A stretch of 64,000 nucleotides of DNA from Eledone cirrhosa (lineage: Eukaryota): the NCBI GenBank assembly GCA_964016885.1, contig OZ024758.1, positions 16,988,001 through 17,052,000 of the forward strand. Direction: 5' to 3'. Each line of letters opens with the position of its first letter. The stretch's first letter is position 1. Below, piece after piece: positions 12,205-24,671 of the stretch. The translations under genes were made by a program, and so were the position numbers. The notes under the pieces were generated by a model that worked only from the letters and a program-made list of their open reading frames with translations, ran no database searches and was not told where the DNA came from.

Positions 12205-12634
12205 TGCTTTAGCATTTAAACTGGCTGTATCTGGCCAGAATTCTGTCACCTCTACCTGTTCAAACTGGCTGTAACTAGCTACTCATATTTATGTTAAGGT
12301 ATTGTTCTCAAAATAAATAATATAAAAATCTCATAGATTCAATATTATGTGAGATAATTATGTGAGGTAAAGCCTTTACCATGAAAATAGATTAGTAAAT
12401 ATAGAATAATTGTTTCTACTTTAGGCACAAGGCCAGCAAATACCCAGTGCATTACTGGTACTTTATTTTATCGACCCCGTAAGGATGAAAGGCAAAGTCA
12501 ACCTCGGCGGGATTTGAACTCAGATCGTAAAGGGACATAACTATGCTGGAAAGCATGGCGACCGACCCTCTACCGATACTGCCAATCCACCGCCCTTTAG
12601 TAAATATAGAATAATGTAAATGCTAAAGGGTTAA
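12205..12634. mobile_element. piggyBac-type MITE interrupted by a SINE A insertion
   Basis: CTTTAGCATTTAAA left end and ATGCTAAAGGG-TTAA right end. Confidence 0.8.
12411..12596 (-). mobile_element. Full-length SINE family A with 19-bp target-site duplication
   Basis: TTAGTAAATATAGAATAAT at 12392-12410 and 12597-12615. Confidence 0.92.
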
Positions 12635-13084
12635 AACGTTGGATAGAATGCTTTACGGTATTTATCCCACCTCATTGCATGCTCTGAGTTCAAATCTCAC
12701 CATAGTCAACTTTGCTTTTCAACCTTTCAAGGTCGATAAAAAATGTACCATTTCAGTACTGGGGTTGATTCTTCATCTATAGAAAAAAAATCGGCTGTTT
12801 TCAGACCTGGAGAGGGTTGGGCTCCACCAGGTGTAAAAGTACCCTAGACACGCTGTATGGCAGTGCCTCTACGACCCCACAAAGAGTTATGGGATCTTTA
12901 TCCAAACAAATCCTGGTTTTCATCATCATCATCATCATCATCATTTTACGTTTGTTGTTCCATGCTGGTGTAGCTTAAATGGGTTTTCCTCAGCACAGTA
13001 TTTCTCCACTTGTATATGATAAAAACTGTTTGTTTTAATATGTTTAAATTTATCTAGGTAGAAAATTAGCAGAGTCGTTAAGTC

Positions 13085-13462
13085 AGGGACTATATTGAAA
13101 AATAAACCTATCTTGGTCAGCCTATGAGGAAGTGATGCTAGAGCTGAGAAATCTTGCATGCATAATTTCAACTCATCTTATTAATAACTACATTGTTTCT
13201 TTCCAGGGATTCTGTTGAAAAATAAACCTCATTTGGTCATTCCATGAGAGTAACTTGGCCAGCCTATAAACTCTTATTAATAACTGCATTGTTTCTTTCT
13301 AGGGAGTATGTTGAAAAATAAACCTCATTTGGTCATTCCATGAGAGTATCTTGGTCAGCCTATGAACTCTCCTTAATAACTGCATTGTTTCTTTCGAGGG
13401 ACTATGTTGAAAAATAAACCTCATTTGGTTATTCCATGAGAGTATCTTGGTCAGCCTATGAA
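13085..13462. repeat. ~96-bp tandem repeat, 3-4 diverged copies
   Basis: TGAAAAATAAACCT at about 13096, 13216, 13312 and 13408. Confidence 0.85.
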
Positions 13463-13667
13463 TGTTTCAGCCAGCCCTTGTAATGATGATGATGCTGTGG
13501 GTGTTAGTGGGGTTGAGTGGGTGTTAGTGGCAGTCTTAAGAAGATCTGTGGAGATCGATGAATGGTAAGTAAGTATTGTAAAGGTCAAATTGATCTGAAA
13601 GGAAAGCAGACATTTGTAATGTCAAACCTGTTCAACTATGTCAACAATTCAAGGCAGATATTGAAAC

Positions 13668-14200
13668 AATGATGATGAAAATGATGACGGTGACGAATTT
13701 GATGACTATGATGATGCTGCTGCTACTATTGTTGATGATGATGATGATGATGATGACGTTAATGTTGATGTTTTCATTGTTTAACATCTGGATATAATTA
13801 CGAAACACCTCAACACATCAACTGATGTTAGCATGGAAAATGGACGTTAGATGACGATGAAGATGATGATGATGATGATGATGGTGATGAAGATGATGAT
13901 GATGATGATAATGTTGATGATGATGGTGATGTTGATGATGATGATGAAGATGATAGTGTTGATGATGATGATGATAATGTTGACAATGATGATGATGGTG
14001 TTGATGATAGTGTTGATGCTGATGATGATGATAATGATAGTGATGATGATGATGATGATGATGATGATCATCATCATCATCATCAACATATCAATGCTAG
14101 TGTGGAAGATGGACGTTAAATGATGACAATGATGATGATAATGTTGGTGATGTTGATGATACTGATGATGGTGATGATGATGACAACGACATCAACTGAT
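13668..14200. repeat. (GAT)n trinucleotide-rich tract
   Basis: Direct reading. Confidence 0.95.
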
Positions 14201-14859
14201 GCATACTCATAATGTTGGAAGTAAAAAATCCCGAAGATGAAGTTTTTAGTATCATTAATCATTATCTACCAATCTACCAATCTAGAAAATGTATAATTAT
14301 AGAATTTTCTATTGTAAAAGACCAAAAGCCAAAAATCATTTAGGAAAACAGGAAGAAAAATTGTTCCATTAGCTGTGCATTGCTTTAGATATAAGAGCCA
14401 TGTTGAAATTAATGTAGCTGGATCACTTAACTGTATAAGGGTTCGTAATTGCTGTAAATTACCCCCTTAAGGGTATCAACAATGTAAGAAAAAAACAAAA
14501 GCTACAAGAGAAAGTAAATGTATAGAATTAAAGTTTCCAATGACTAGTAATTATTTATGATTACCTTGTTAATATAGTAAAGGCTGGGAGGTGTCTCTCT
14601 ATATCAAGGATAGAAAGCTGTATATCAAATAGAAAGCTGTGTGAAATTGCTTTTAACCTTGTAATATGAGGTGGAAATGATTTACATTGAAGTATACTTT
14701 TTATTACCCCAATGGCTCGTGGATTTGATGTCCCAAAGTCAACGTTGGAGTAAACATGTAAATTCAAATCAGGAATTCCAACATAAAAATCACCCAGTGT
14801 ATGTTGTAAAGTGGTTTTTGTGAGGAAAAGTTTACAATCAAAGGAACTGTGCTAAATAA

Positions 14860-15052
14860 TTGTTTCTACTTTTAGCACAAGGCCAGCAATCACCCCCCCC
14901 CCTCAGTACGTTACTTGTGCTTTATTTTATCGACCCCGTAAGGATGAAAGTTAACCTCGGCGGGATTTGAACTTAGAATAGCAAGGGCCGTAACTCTATC
15001 CATCAAAGCATGGCGTCCGACCCTCTTCTACCAATACTGCCAATCTACCACC
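14860..15052 (-). mobile_element. SINE family A copy
   Basis: Same head, central motif and tail as other copies. Confidence 0.85.
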
Positions 15053-15379
15053 CACGCCAACATTGCTAAATAATGAATTTAGAAAACTTTTCGTTCATAT
15101 TGAGTACATGTAAATATCTCTTCTAGTACTGGTGCTTGAATAAAATACATTCAGTAAACTCTGTAATGTGATTGGTATTAGGAAGGATATGCATTTTTAG
15201 AAACTATGCCAAAATTAGAATGTAAGCAAGACGTTGCTCTTGACCTGTATAGGAGGTGAGTAGCTCCAAAAAGTACTGATTTGGCCTGTAATAGCTTGTG
15301 TTGAGGTGACCATATCTGTACCAGTGAGCTGCTCAACATTACCAAACTTAGACCAATTACATCAATTGTCAAGTGAAGA

Positions 15380-15620
15380 GTACTCAAATTATACGGCCAT
15401 ATAAAAAGATCAACTCGTGCTGTGAGTTAGTTATGCCTGGAGAGAAGCAGAACTTGGCAGCCAAAACGATGGCTTGACAATGTCAATTTATGGACTGGAC
15501 TTCATCTTTGCTCTTTGAATTCTGCTGCTGGTGATCGAACTTTGTGGAAAAAAATATCTCATGTTGATGCATAGTCTGCAACTGGCAGAGTTTAGCATCA
15601 CAAGAGAGCCTATGTTAGCA
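15380..15620 (+). mobile_element. Old RTE-like LINE 3' remnant
   Basis: Traces of YGHI..QPKRWLDNVNLWTGL..AAGDRTLWKKI. Confidence 0.55.
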
Positions 15621-15943
15621 TGGATAAATGGTTGTAAAATAATATGAGAATGATGATGTTGACAACGAAAATATATATTGAGGTGTATTTCATATATAAA
15701 TTTCTTTCTTTTCATTGCAATAGTTTCTTCCATAGCTTAATATTAGAGAGTTATTATGAAAGGATCTAGATCCATGTCAACTCTGATCAAGCAGACCTAT
15801 AGTGTAAAACATTCCAACCATGACCATCTTGTCTTTTAGAGGTATTTATAACTGCATTATCTAATGTGCTTTTGCTGTTCCATCTTTTTAAGACAACAGG
15901 GTGTTATTCATAGAAAATTTGGTTGTACTTTCCAGTGGCTTAA

Positions 15944-16090
15944 CCCTTCAGCATTTGAACTGTCAGTATCCAGCCAGAATTTTCTCACCTTCTTCTGTTG
16001 AAACCAGTCATAACTAGCCATATTATGTGAGGTAAAGCCTTCACCACAAAAATACAATAGTATATATAGAGTAATGTAAATGCTAAAGGG
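15944..16090. mobile_element. Internally deleted piggyBac-type MITE
   Basis: TTAA|CCCTTCAGCATTT...AAATGCTAAAGGG|TTAA. Confidence 0.85.
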
Positions 16091-16534
16091 TTAAAGAGGT
16101 TTCCCTCTATGGAATGTGAGAGCTGACATTTATTATGTGGGATTTAAGTGATACCATTTTAATATAGTCACTTGGGAAAGTTTGTTTAAATTAATCTGTT
16201 TTTGATCCATCCTCAGGAAAATCAACAAAAATCTGTAAATATAAATGTTTAAACTCAATTCAATTCTTGTCATCAACATCATCATTTAATGCCTGTTTTC
16301 CCTGCTGGCAAATGCTGGAAATTCTCTTTAAATCTTATTAAAAGATCAATGGAAGCTACCATCTTTTTCTTTATGTTCTTCATTAACTGCAAAGCCTCAG
16401 CAATATTAGATAAAACAACAAGTGGTTTAAAAATTTCTTCATCCAATAAACAGCAGATAATATGGATTTCGTCTCCTAGTTTCTATTCAGTTTGATTAAT
16501 AGGGATGGGACCTGTTTGTTAACTAACCAGATAA

Positions 16535-17378
16535 TGGTTTCAGATTTGGGCACAAGGCCAGCAATTTTGGAGGAGGGGAGGATAAAGCCGATTAAATCGA
16601 TCCCAGTCTATGACTGGTATTTTATTTCATAGAAACTGTAAGGGTGAAAGGCAAAACTAACCTTGGCGGGATTTGAACTCAGATCAGAAAGGGCCATAAC
16701 TTTATGCTGCAAAAGATGGCGTCCAACTCTCTACCGATTCTGCCAATCCACTGCCCTTATAATAATTTTTTTCTACTTTTAGCACAAAGCTAGCAATTAT
16801 CCCAGTGTATTACTGGTACTTTATTTTATTGACCCTATAAGGATGAAAGGCAAAGTTAACATTGGCGGGATTTGAACTCAGATCAAAAAAGGGTCGTAAC
16901 TCTATGATGCAAAGCATGGTGTCGGACGCTCTACCGATTCTGCCAATCCACCACCCTAATAATAATAATAATTCTTTCTACTTTAGCCACAAGGCCAGCA
17001 ATTTGAAGGGGAGGGGTAAAGTCGTTTAAATTGCCCTCCAGTGCATGACTGGTATTTTATCAACTCTGTAAGGATGACAGGCAAAGCTATCCTTGGCAAG
17101 ATTCGAACTTGTAAAGGGCCGTAACTCTATGCTGCAAAAGATGGCGTCCCACTCTCTACTGATACTGCCGATCCACTGCCTCTATAATGATTGTTTCTAC
17201 TTTTAGCACAAGGCCAGCAATTATCCCAGTGCATTACTGGTATTTTATATTACTGACCCTATAAGGATTAAAGACAATGCTAACCTCAGCAGGATTTGAC
17301 CTCAGAACGCAAAGGGCCACAACTCTACGCTGCAAAGCATGGCGTGAGACGCTCTACCGATTCTGCTCAGCGACTGCT
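16535..17378 (-). mobile_element. Four head-to-tail SINE A copies, alternating long and short subtypes
   Basis: Units begin at about 16535 (long), 16765 (short), 16975 (long) and 17190 (short). Confidence 0.88.
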
Positions 17379-17547
17379 CTCTAACTAACTATATAATAAG
17401 AATGTGACCAGTTTTGACATTTCATTGAAGCTGGAAGAAGAATATGTAACAAGGTTTGAGTAAGATCACAACATACAGGATCTCTAAATAAAGATGGAAA
17501 TATTCCCTACAAGAGCTTTTTTCAACCTGCTGACACATGTATGAGTA

Positions 17548-17740
17548 CGGTGGATTGGTAGTATCGGTAGAGGGTCGGACGCTATGCTTTGCTGCATAGA
17601 GTTACGGCCCTATACGGTCTGAGTTCAAACCCCACCGAGGTTAACTTTGCCTTTCATCCTTACAGGGGTCGGTGAAATAAAGTACCAGTAATACACTGGG
17701 ATCATAGCTGGTCTTGTGCCAAAAAGTAGAAACAATTATT
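17548..17740 (+). mobile_element. SINE family A copy
   Basis: GGTGGATTGGTAGTATCGGTAGAGGG..GAGTTCAAACCCC..GTGCCAAAAAGTAGAAAC. Confidence 0.88.
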
Positions 17741-17859
17741 ATAAACATGCAAGCACAGACACACAAAAATGCACACTCACAGACATACATTCACACAAAT
17801 AAACATACTTTGACACAAACAAACACATGCATACATTTACACAAACACATAGGTGTTAC

Positions 17860-18755
17860 GACAAAAAGCACCCAGCACACACTGTAAATGTGGTTGGCGT
17901 TAGAAAGGACATCCAGCCATAGAAAACCAGACCCAAAACACCCAGCCCACACTGTAAAGTGGGTGTGTAAAAGACACGGCAAAAAGCACCCAGCACACAC
18001 TGTCAATGTGGTTGGCGTTAGGAAGGACATCCAGCTGTAGAAAACCAGCCCCAAAACACCCAGCCCACACTGTAAATTGGATGTGTAAAAGACACGGCAA
18101 AAAGCACCCAGCACACACTGTCAATGTGGTTGGCGTTAGGAAGGACATCCAGCCATAGAAAACCAGCCCCAAAACGCCCAGCCCACACTGTAAAGTGGAT
18201 GTGTAAAAGACACGGCAAAAAGCACCCAGCACACACTGTCAATGTGGTTGGCGTTAGGAAGGACATCCAGCTGTAGAAAACCAGCCCCAAAACACCCAGC
18301 CCACACTGTAAATTGGATGTGTAAAAGACACGGCAAAAAGCACCCAGCACACACTGTAAATGTGGTTGGCGTTAGGAAGGACATCCAGCCATAGAAAACC
18401 AGACCCAAAACACCCAGCCCACACTGTAAAGTGGATGTGTAAAAGACACGGCAAAAAGCACCCAGCACACACTGTAAATGTGGTTGGCGTTAGGAAGGAC
18501 ATCCAGCCATAGAAAACCAGCCCCAAAACACCCAGCCCACACTGTAAAGTGGATGTGTAAAAGACACGGCAAAAAGTACCCAGCACACACTGTAAATGTG
18601 GTTGGCGTTAGGAAGGGCATCCAGCTGTAGAAAACCAGCCAGAAACTCTCCTTTATGAGCGAGGCACGGTCTCCCGACCCAACTTGTCTCTAGTTGGGGC
18701 AAATCTGTCAAACCCATGCTAGCATTGAAGATATACGTTAATTGATAATGATGAT
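17860..18755 (+). repeat. 118-bp tandem array (~6.5 copies) amplified inside a family C repeat, followed by its 3' tail
   Basis: Unit AAAAAGCACCCAGCACACACTGT..GTTAGGAAGGACATCCAGC..; ORF track offsets of exactly 118 bp. Confidence 0.92.
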
Positions 18756-19721
18756 AATACATTTTCACATACACTTACACTCACACACAGCATAGCAAAT
18801 GGAATGCCAGCCATTGTTTTGCTATAGTTTTTTCACCAACCCCTTCCCTCCTTTTACACACATACATTCACCCCCCCCCCCCCCTCACACACACATACAT
18901 ACATACACTCACACACAGCATAGCAAATGGAACACCTACCGCTGTTTTCCTATGGTTTTTTCACCACCGCTTCCTTCCTTTTACACATGCATACATTCAC
19001 ACAAATACATACACAAACACCTATACACTTACACAAACACACATATACACATACACTCACACACAGCATAACAAATGGAATGCCATCTGCTGTTCTGTTA
19101 TAGTTTTATCACCATCCCCTTCCTTCCTTTTACACACGTACATTCACACGAACACAGATACACGCAAATTGTGTGATGAATGAATGGATGGATGGAAGCC
19201 ATTCAAATTTATATATAGAGTGTCTTGCTAATACACTTCTCTTAAGAGTTAAGAGAGTCATGAGAAATATCTCACTGATGAGGCCTAAAACATGTACCTG
19301 TCACTTGCTATACAACCACATAACTGCTTATATTACAGCATACCTAACCTAACATTGTATCTTCAGAAATGAAATTCAATAATCTGTTTCTGCTAATGAA
19401 ATGTTAATAAGCCTGTGGCTTATAATATTTGATATTTAATATCATTGACATAAAAATCTTAGCTATTAATATTTATATTTTGTAACATATTTTATTATAT
19501 AATTTAGTCTAGACTTTATTTCATAAAGTTTTGTTTATATTAATGTGCTGACCAAATATTAGTCTTCACAATGCAAGTTTCTATTTAATTTTTTAAAAAA
19601 TTTAAATTCTGAAGTTCATTCCCTTGTTTCTCTTAATCATTATGTTTAATAACTTTTTTTCTTATTATGGATTTAATTTTGATTTAATTTGGATTTAATT
19701 TGGATTTAATTTGGAGTAACA

Positions 19722-20335
19722 ATATTCGATAAATTATGTAGCTCGGAGATCAGAGAGTCACTCCAAGTATAGTTGCTACTTCTCCGATTTGAGAGATCAC
19801 AGCTCCGATATTATGGGCATGAGGTTAGAATAGGGTTCCTCTGAAGGGTTTTTGTGGTAATGTTACTTGATAGATTATGTAGCTCAGAGATCAGAGAGTC
19901 ACTCCAAGTATAGCTGCTACTTCTCCGATTTGAGAGATCACAGCTCCGATACTATGGGTATGGGGTTAGAATAGGGTTCCTTTAAAGAGTCATTGTGGTA
20001 ATGTTACTCAATAGAATGTTTAGCTCAGAGAGTCACTCCAGGAAGAGCTGCTACTTCTCCGAATCAAGATATCACAGCTCTGATACTATGGGCATTTGGT
20101 TAGAATGTCTCAGGAAAGAATTGCTGGACAGATTTTACGAGCAAAACCAACTGGCAGGAGACCCAGGGGTAGACCCTGAGCAAGATGGTTGGATAACATC
20201 CGTGAGCTTCGCTGGTCACACCTGGGGATCCAGTCAGATCAGTTGGAGTTGGTTGCTTCTGACAGGACCCATTGAAAGGAGTGTTTAAAGGCTCGGCCTT
20301 CATGACCCATGATAATGAAAATGATGAGGAGAGCT
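19722..20335 (+). mobile_element. RTE LINE 3' fragment with a triplicated ~135-bp segment
   Basis: Traces of EIRESLQV.LLLLR.ERSQLRYYG..RMSQERIA..KPTGRRPRG..RWLDNI; TAGCTCAGAGATCAGAGAGTCACTCCA-like motif three times. Confidence 0.8.
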
Positions 20336-20442
20336 GGAGGAGGAAGAAAATATTATAACAAGGCAAATATACTGAAATCCTCTTAAACCCATTTGCAACC
20401 ATATTTCTAATAAAAATTACACCATATATCAATTAATTAATT

Positions 20443-20625
20443 CTTTCTACTTTTGGCACAAGGCCAGCAATTACCCAGTGTATTACTGGTACTTTATTTT
20501 ATCAACCCCGTAAGGATGAAAGGCAAAGCTAACTTTGACGGGATTTGAACTCAGAATGGCAAGGGCCTTAACTATATGCATCAAAGCATGGCGTCCGACC
20601 CTCTACCAATACTGCCAATCCACCC
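20443..20625 (-). mobile_element. SINE family A copy
   Basis: Full head-to-tail match; CAATTAATTAAT on both flanks (possible TSD). Confidence 0.88.
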
Positions 20626-20941
20626 AATTAATTAATAAAGGATTGAAAGAGATTTACTAAACTTATTTATTATTTCACTATTAAGATGGTATATATATAT
20701 ATATCATTAAAAAATTAATATATAAAATTCTATTGGGATATTTAATTTAATTCAATTTATTTAGTAGAACTAGAGGTGTCTTTGAACAGGCTGTTATCAA
20801 AAGGGTTAAACCTTTAACATTTATGTTACTCTATATTTACTATAGTATTTTCACAGTAAAGGCTTTACCTCACATAATTATCTCACATAATATCAAATCT
20901 ACGAGATTTTGATATTATTTATTTTGTGAACAATACCTTAA

Positions 20942-21161
20942 CCCTTTAGTATTTACATTACTGTATATATACTATTGTGTTTTCACAATAAAGGTTCTAT
21001 CTTACATAATATTTCACATGATATTGAATTTATGACATTTTGGTATTATTTATTTTGAGAACAATACCTTAACCTAAGTATGATTAGCTAGTTACAGCCA
21101 GTTTGAACAGAAGGAGTTGAGGGTATTCTGGCCAGTTATGGCCAGTTTAAATGCTAAAGGG
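20942..21161. mobile_element. Full-length ~220-bp piggyBac-type MITE nested in another copy (outer about 20811-21273)
   Basis: TTAA|CCCTTTAGTATTTA...TAAATGCTAAAGGG|TTAA; TTAA TSD with CCC..GGG termini is diagnostic of the piggyBac superfamily. Confidence 0.88.
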
Positions 21162-21704
21162 TTAAGATAACTATCAGCAGCCAGTTATGGCTGGTTTGAA
21201 CAGAAAGAGGTGAGAGAATTCTGGCCGAATACGGCCACTTTAACCCTTTAGCATTTAAATGTTAAAGGGTTAAAATGCAATTTTTAAAAACTATATATTT
21301 CCATATATATATATCATCATAGAATTTTGTAATCGTGGGTCTATTATTTATAAATTTATCTTCTGAAATTTCCGATTTCCTTTAATAGTTGTTGTTGTGA
21401 TTGTACATTTATTATGACAGTCTCTTTTATAAATACTCATGCCCATTATTTATCATATCTATTACAAGTCATCGAGGTATCCCAGAGTTCCTTCTAGTTA
21501 TTCATTCATCACTGAAACCTTTCAAATTGATATGATCACTACACATTTACTCAACCAAACACATTTTCTAAAACGTTGCACTCTCACATTTATCATCTAA
21601 ACATTCCATGAAAATGCTTCAAAATTGCAGCAATTAACCAGCCAGAATAATGCTGGCACTCTGTTTAAACACCTCTTCAAGGGTTATTTAACAAACTTTG
21701 TTGT

Positions 21705-21850
21705 AAAGGCATGTGGCTGGGTGGTTAGAGAATTGGATTTGTAATCATGAGGTTGTGAGTTCGATTCCCAGACTGGAAATGTGTTATGTCCTTGAGCAAG
21801 GCACTTTATTTCATGTTGCTCCTTCTAACTGGAGCTGCAACCAATAGATA
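21705..21850 (+). mobile_element. Older tRNA-SINE related to the family B head
   Basis: TGGCTGGGTGGTTAGAG..GAGTTCGATTCC..TCCTTGAGCAAGGCACTTTATTTCA. Confidence 0.7.
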
Positions 21851-22290
21851 GTATTAGCAATTGGAAAGACCAATGGAAACATTGTTTCCTCGGTCCAATT
21901 TGATGACATTTGATCAACTGTCGATTGTAATGGCTTACAAATTTGCAAGAATTTTAACACTATTATTATTATTATTAGTAGTAGTATTATTATCAATGAT
22001 ACTATTATGCCATTAAGCAATCTCTTCCTCTATCTCTTTCTCTTACTCTAGCTTGATCACCCAAATCTATTTTGTGTCTGTGTGTATATATATATATATA
22101 TATATATTTGGGTTTGTTGGTTCACCACTGGATAGAACTGGTCATTCTGTGTGGTCAGCCATGTTATGGATAACACTCAACGTAATGCAACCATCCGTCT
22201 TCATTTGTGTAGTTGGTGGTGCGAGTACGGAGTTAATTATTACAAAATAACAGGAGGCATGTTCTGGTGTAAATCCTTGAAAGGTTTATT

Positions 22291-22348
22291 TTACTATGAT
22301 CATTTCAATGACCGGGTTCAGTATGAATCCGGTGACATCATCAGGTAA
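22291..22348 (-). ncRNA. Minimal type I hammerhead ribozyme
   Basis: Minus strand: TTAC-CTGATGA-[TGTCACCGGATTCA tac TGAACCCGGTCATT]-GAAA-TGATCA-TA-GTAA, then AATAAA; palindromic stem III ATGATCAT. Confidence 0.78.
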
Positions 22349-22637
22349 TTCAAAACATAAGGAAGGAATATATCAGATAAAAATCTTTGGTGTTTAAATC
22401 AGAGACAGGAGGGCGGCTGGTATTTTAGCGACTTGTATCTACGTCGACCGCCCTTGAGGTCTCCTTAATGCCTCTTTAATTATTATACTATTCCCTTGTG
22501 ATATCTGTCACATCATATATGTCAACTAATTTCCTAAACATTCCACTCTGTAAATACGAAACTGTTGTTGACAGCATTAATATCCATGTATCTACATGAT
22601 TGTTCAGTTGAATAGGAGGTTAACTATATGTACAAAC

Positions 22638-22694
22638 ATTGCTAGTTCTCTGATGATTCCAAATGAAAGTTTGGAAGAAACGATTGTCAGCAAT
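22638..22694 (+). ncRNA. Type I hammerhead ribozyme candidate
   Basis: CTGATGA(22650)-TTCCAAA tgaaag TTTGGAA-GAAA-CGATTG-TC-AGCAAT, then AATAAA; perfect 7-bp stem II and GUC site; stem I imperfect. Confidence 0.7.
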
Positions 22695-23972
22695 AAATGA
22701 TTTGAACATAACTTTGTGTAATTTATTGTGTAACTTATATTCCTGCTGTGTAAAACACCTGATGTTCTTACATTGAGCTATTTTTCTTACTGGTAATAAG
22801 GTAGTAATAAATTACTGACCTTCCCTGTTTATAGTTGTATATAGTGTATACATAACTATGAATAGAATCATCATTATTATTATATGTATACATATATATA
22901 AATCAAGATGGGTTCAGTTTGAAACTGGTTAGACCATTACTCAAGTGAGTACTTGATACTTGGGGTAGTAGTATATTATAAAGAGTCTGGAACTAGCTGT
23001 TGAACAGGCAAGAGCTCAGCCGCTGGGGTCCTGACTCTTTATATACCATACATGAAAATATGACAGTGTGTGTTAGAATTAAGAAAGGCATTTGACCATA
23101 GAAAAACTAAAAACTGCCTCAAAACTGTCTCATCTAACCCATGCCAGCATGTAAAAGTAGAAGTAAAAATCACACTGCTGCTATTGCTGCTGCTGCTAAT
23201 GATGATCTTGATGTTGAGAATGATGTATATATTATATACATCATATACACATATATATTATTTTTTACTTTTATATTCTACCACATCAAATATCAGTTAT
23301 ATATGATCTTGCTCATTAATATCTACCAGCTTCAGCAGCTTTGCTTTTCCTTTCATCAACAAATATCAGTAATTTCCAAAAAATAAAATAAAAAAACAAA
23401 ACGAACTTATATTTTATTATATTTTATGTTTGAAAATTTGTAAATTACCTTTAAATTTCAATCAACTGACAGAGCATAATCACTGCAACCTTCAGTTAAA
23501 AAATAAAATATTTATCTAATGATTTATATTTACAACTCATCAACTTCATTTGCTGAGAAACATACCAAAAGCTAACTTGTCATTCCTCTATAGACCCTAT
23601 ATTTTATCACAGAAAAGTTGAATAGCATAATTAATACACAAATATATAAACGTTTTGAAAAAAAAAAAAATAATAATATAACTATGAGAAAGAATAAATG
23701 CGAAAAATATTGGAATAAAACAAATCAGAACTTATGGGAAAATATTTTGTGATGTATCAAAGTTAATTTTCACCTTTACAAACATTTTATGATGTGGTTT
23801 GATGTGCAATAATTTACAGCTTGTAAATTACAGAAATGATATCAAAGGATCTATAATAAAGCATTTAGAAGTCCAGCAATGATCTACCTTATAACATTGG
23901 AATCAGTTCGTCTTAAAGAAATAAATACTTGGGTAGAAAATAAAATATTGCGATAAAATTTAGTAGAAAACT

Positions 23973-24298
23973 TTCTTCTTCTTCTTTGCCCACTTTTTCC
24001 TGAGAGGGTCGTAGGAGGAAGATTCCTTCCAGCAGAACCTGCCAGAAGCAACAGCCTTCAAAATAGAAGCTGTGGGAAATATACTTATTGTAATGAACCA
24101 TATATATATTTAGATAGTTGAAATTAACCCACCCTTCTTCTTCTTTGCCCACTTATTTCTGAGAGGGTTGGGGGGGGGGGGCACTTCTTCCAGCAGGTCC
24201 TGTCCGAATAAACCGTCTACACTTGAAACTCAGTCACATTTTGTGAAATTCTCATATATATCATGTAAATGTAAGAGATGATAATAATGTTAATATTT

Positions 24299-24329
<31 letters not shown>

Positions 24330-24490
24330 CGACTTCTTCTTCTTCTTCTTCACCCACTTATTCCTGAGAGGGTCGTGAGGGCAGAATCCTCAAACACTCC
24401 TTCCAGCAGGTCCTATCAGAAGCAACCTTCTACATTTGAAAGCTACAGTTACATTTTGTGAAACTCTCATGTATATCATAGTATCTTCTT
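23973..24490 (-). mobile_element. Three tandem short RTE 3' tails ((GAA)n family)
   Basis: (TTC)n..CCCACTT..TCCTGAGAGGGT..TTCCAGCAG at about 23973, 24135 and 24335. Confidence 0.75.
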
Positions 24491-24671
24491 CTTCTGAGAA
24501 GGACTAGTGCAGCGTAAAATAAAGTGTCCTGCTCAAGGACACAATGCACCGATTGTGAGCCAAATACCCTAGTCAAAAAGCCACGCACTGTCATGAAAGG
24601 GCTAAGACAGTAAGGTGTTATTTTAGGTTGATGTGTCTAGTATTTTTATTAAGACAAGCAACCCTCTAGAG

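Noticed and set aside
13471-13564. Possible + strand exon (TTTCAG acceptor, GTAAGT donor, one open frame)
   Set aside because: Peptide unrecognisable, weak polypyrimidine tract, and the acceptor lies at the end of a tandem repeat; needs RNA-seq
19270-19310. Hammerhead candidate CTGATGAGGCCTAAAAC
   Set aside because: No GAAA (G12 missing) and no convincing stems I or III
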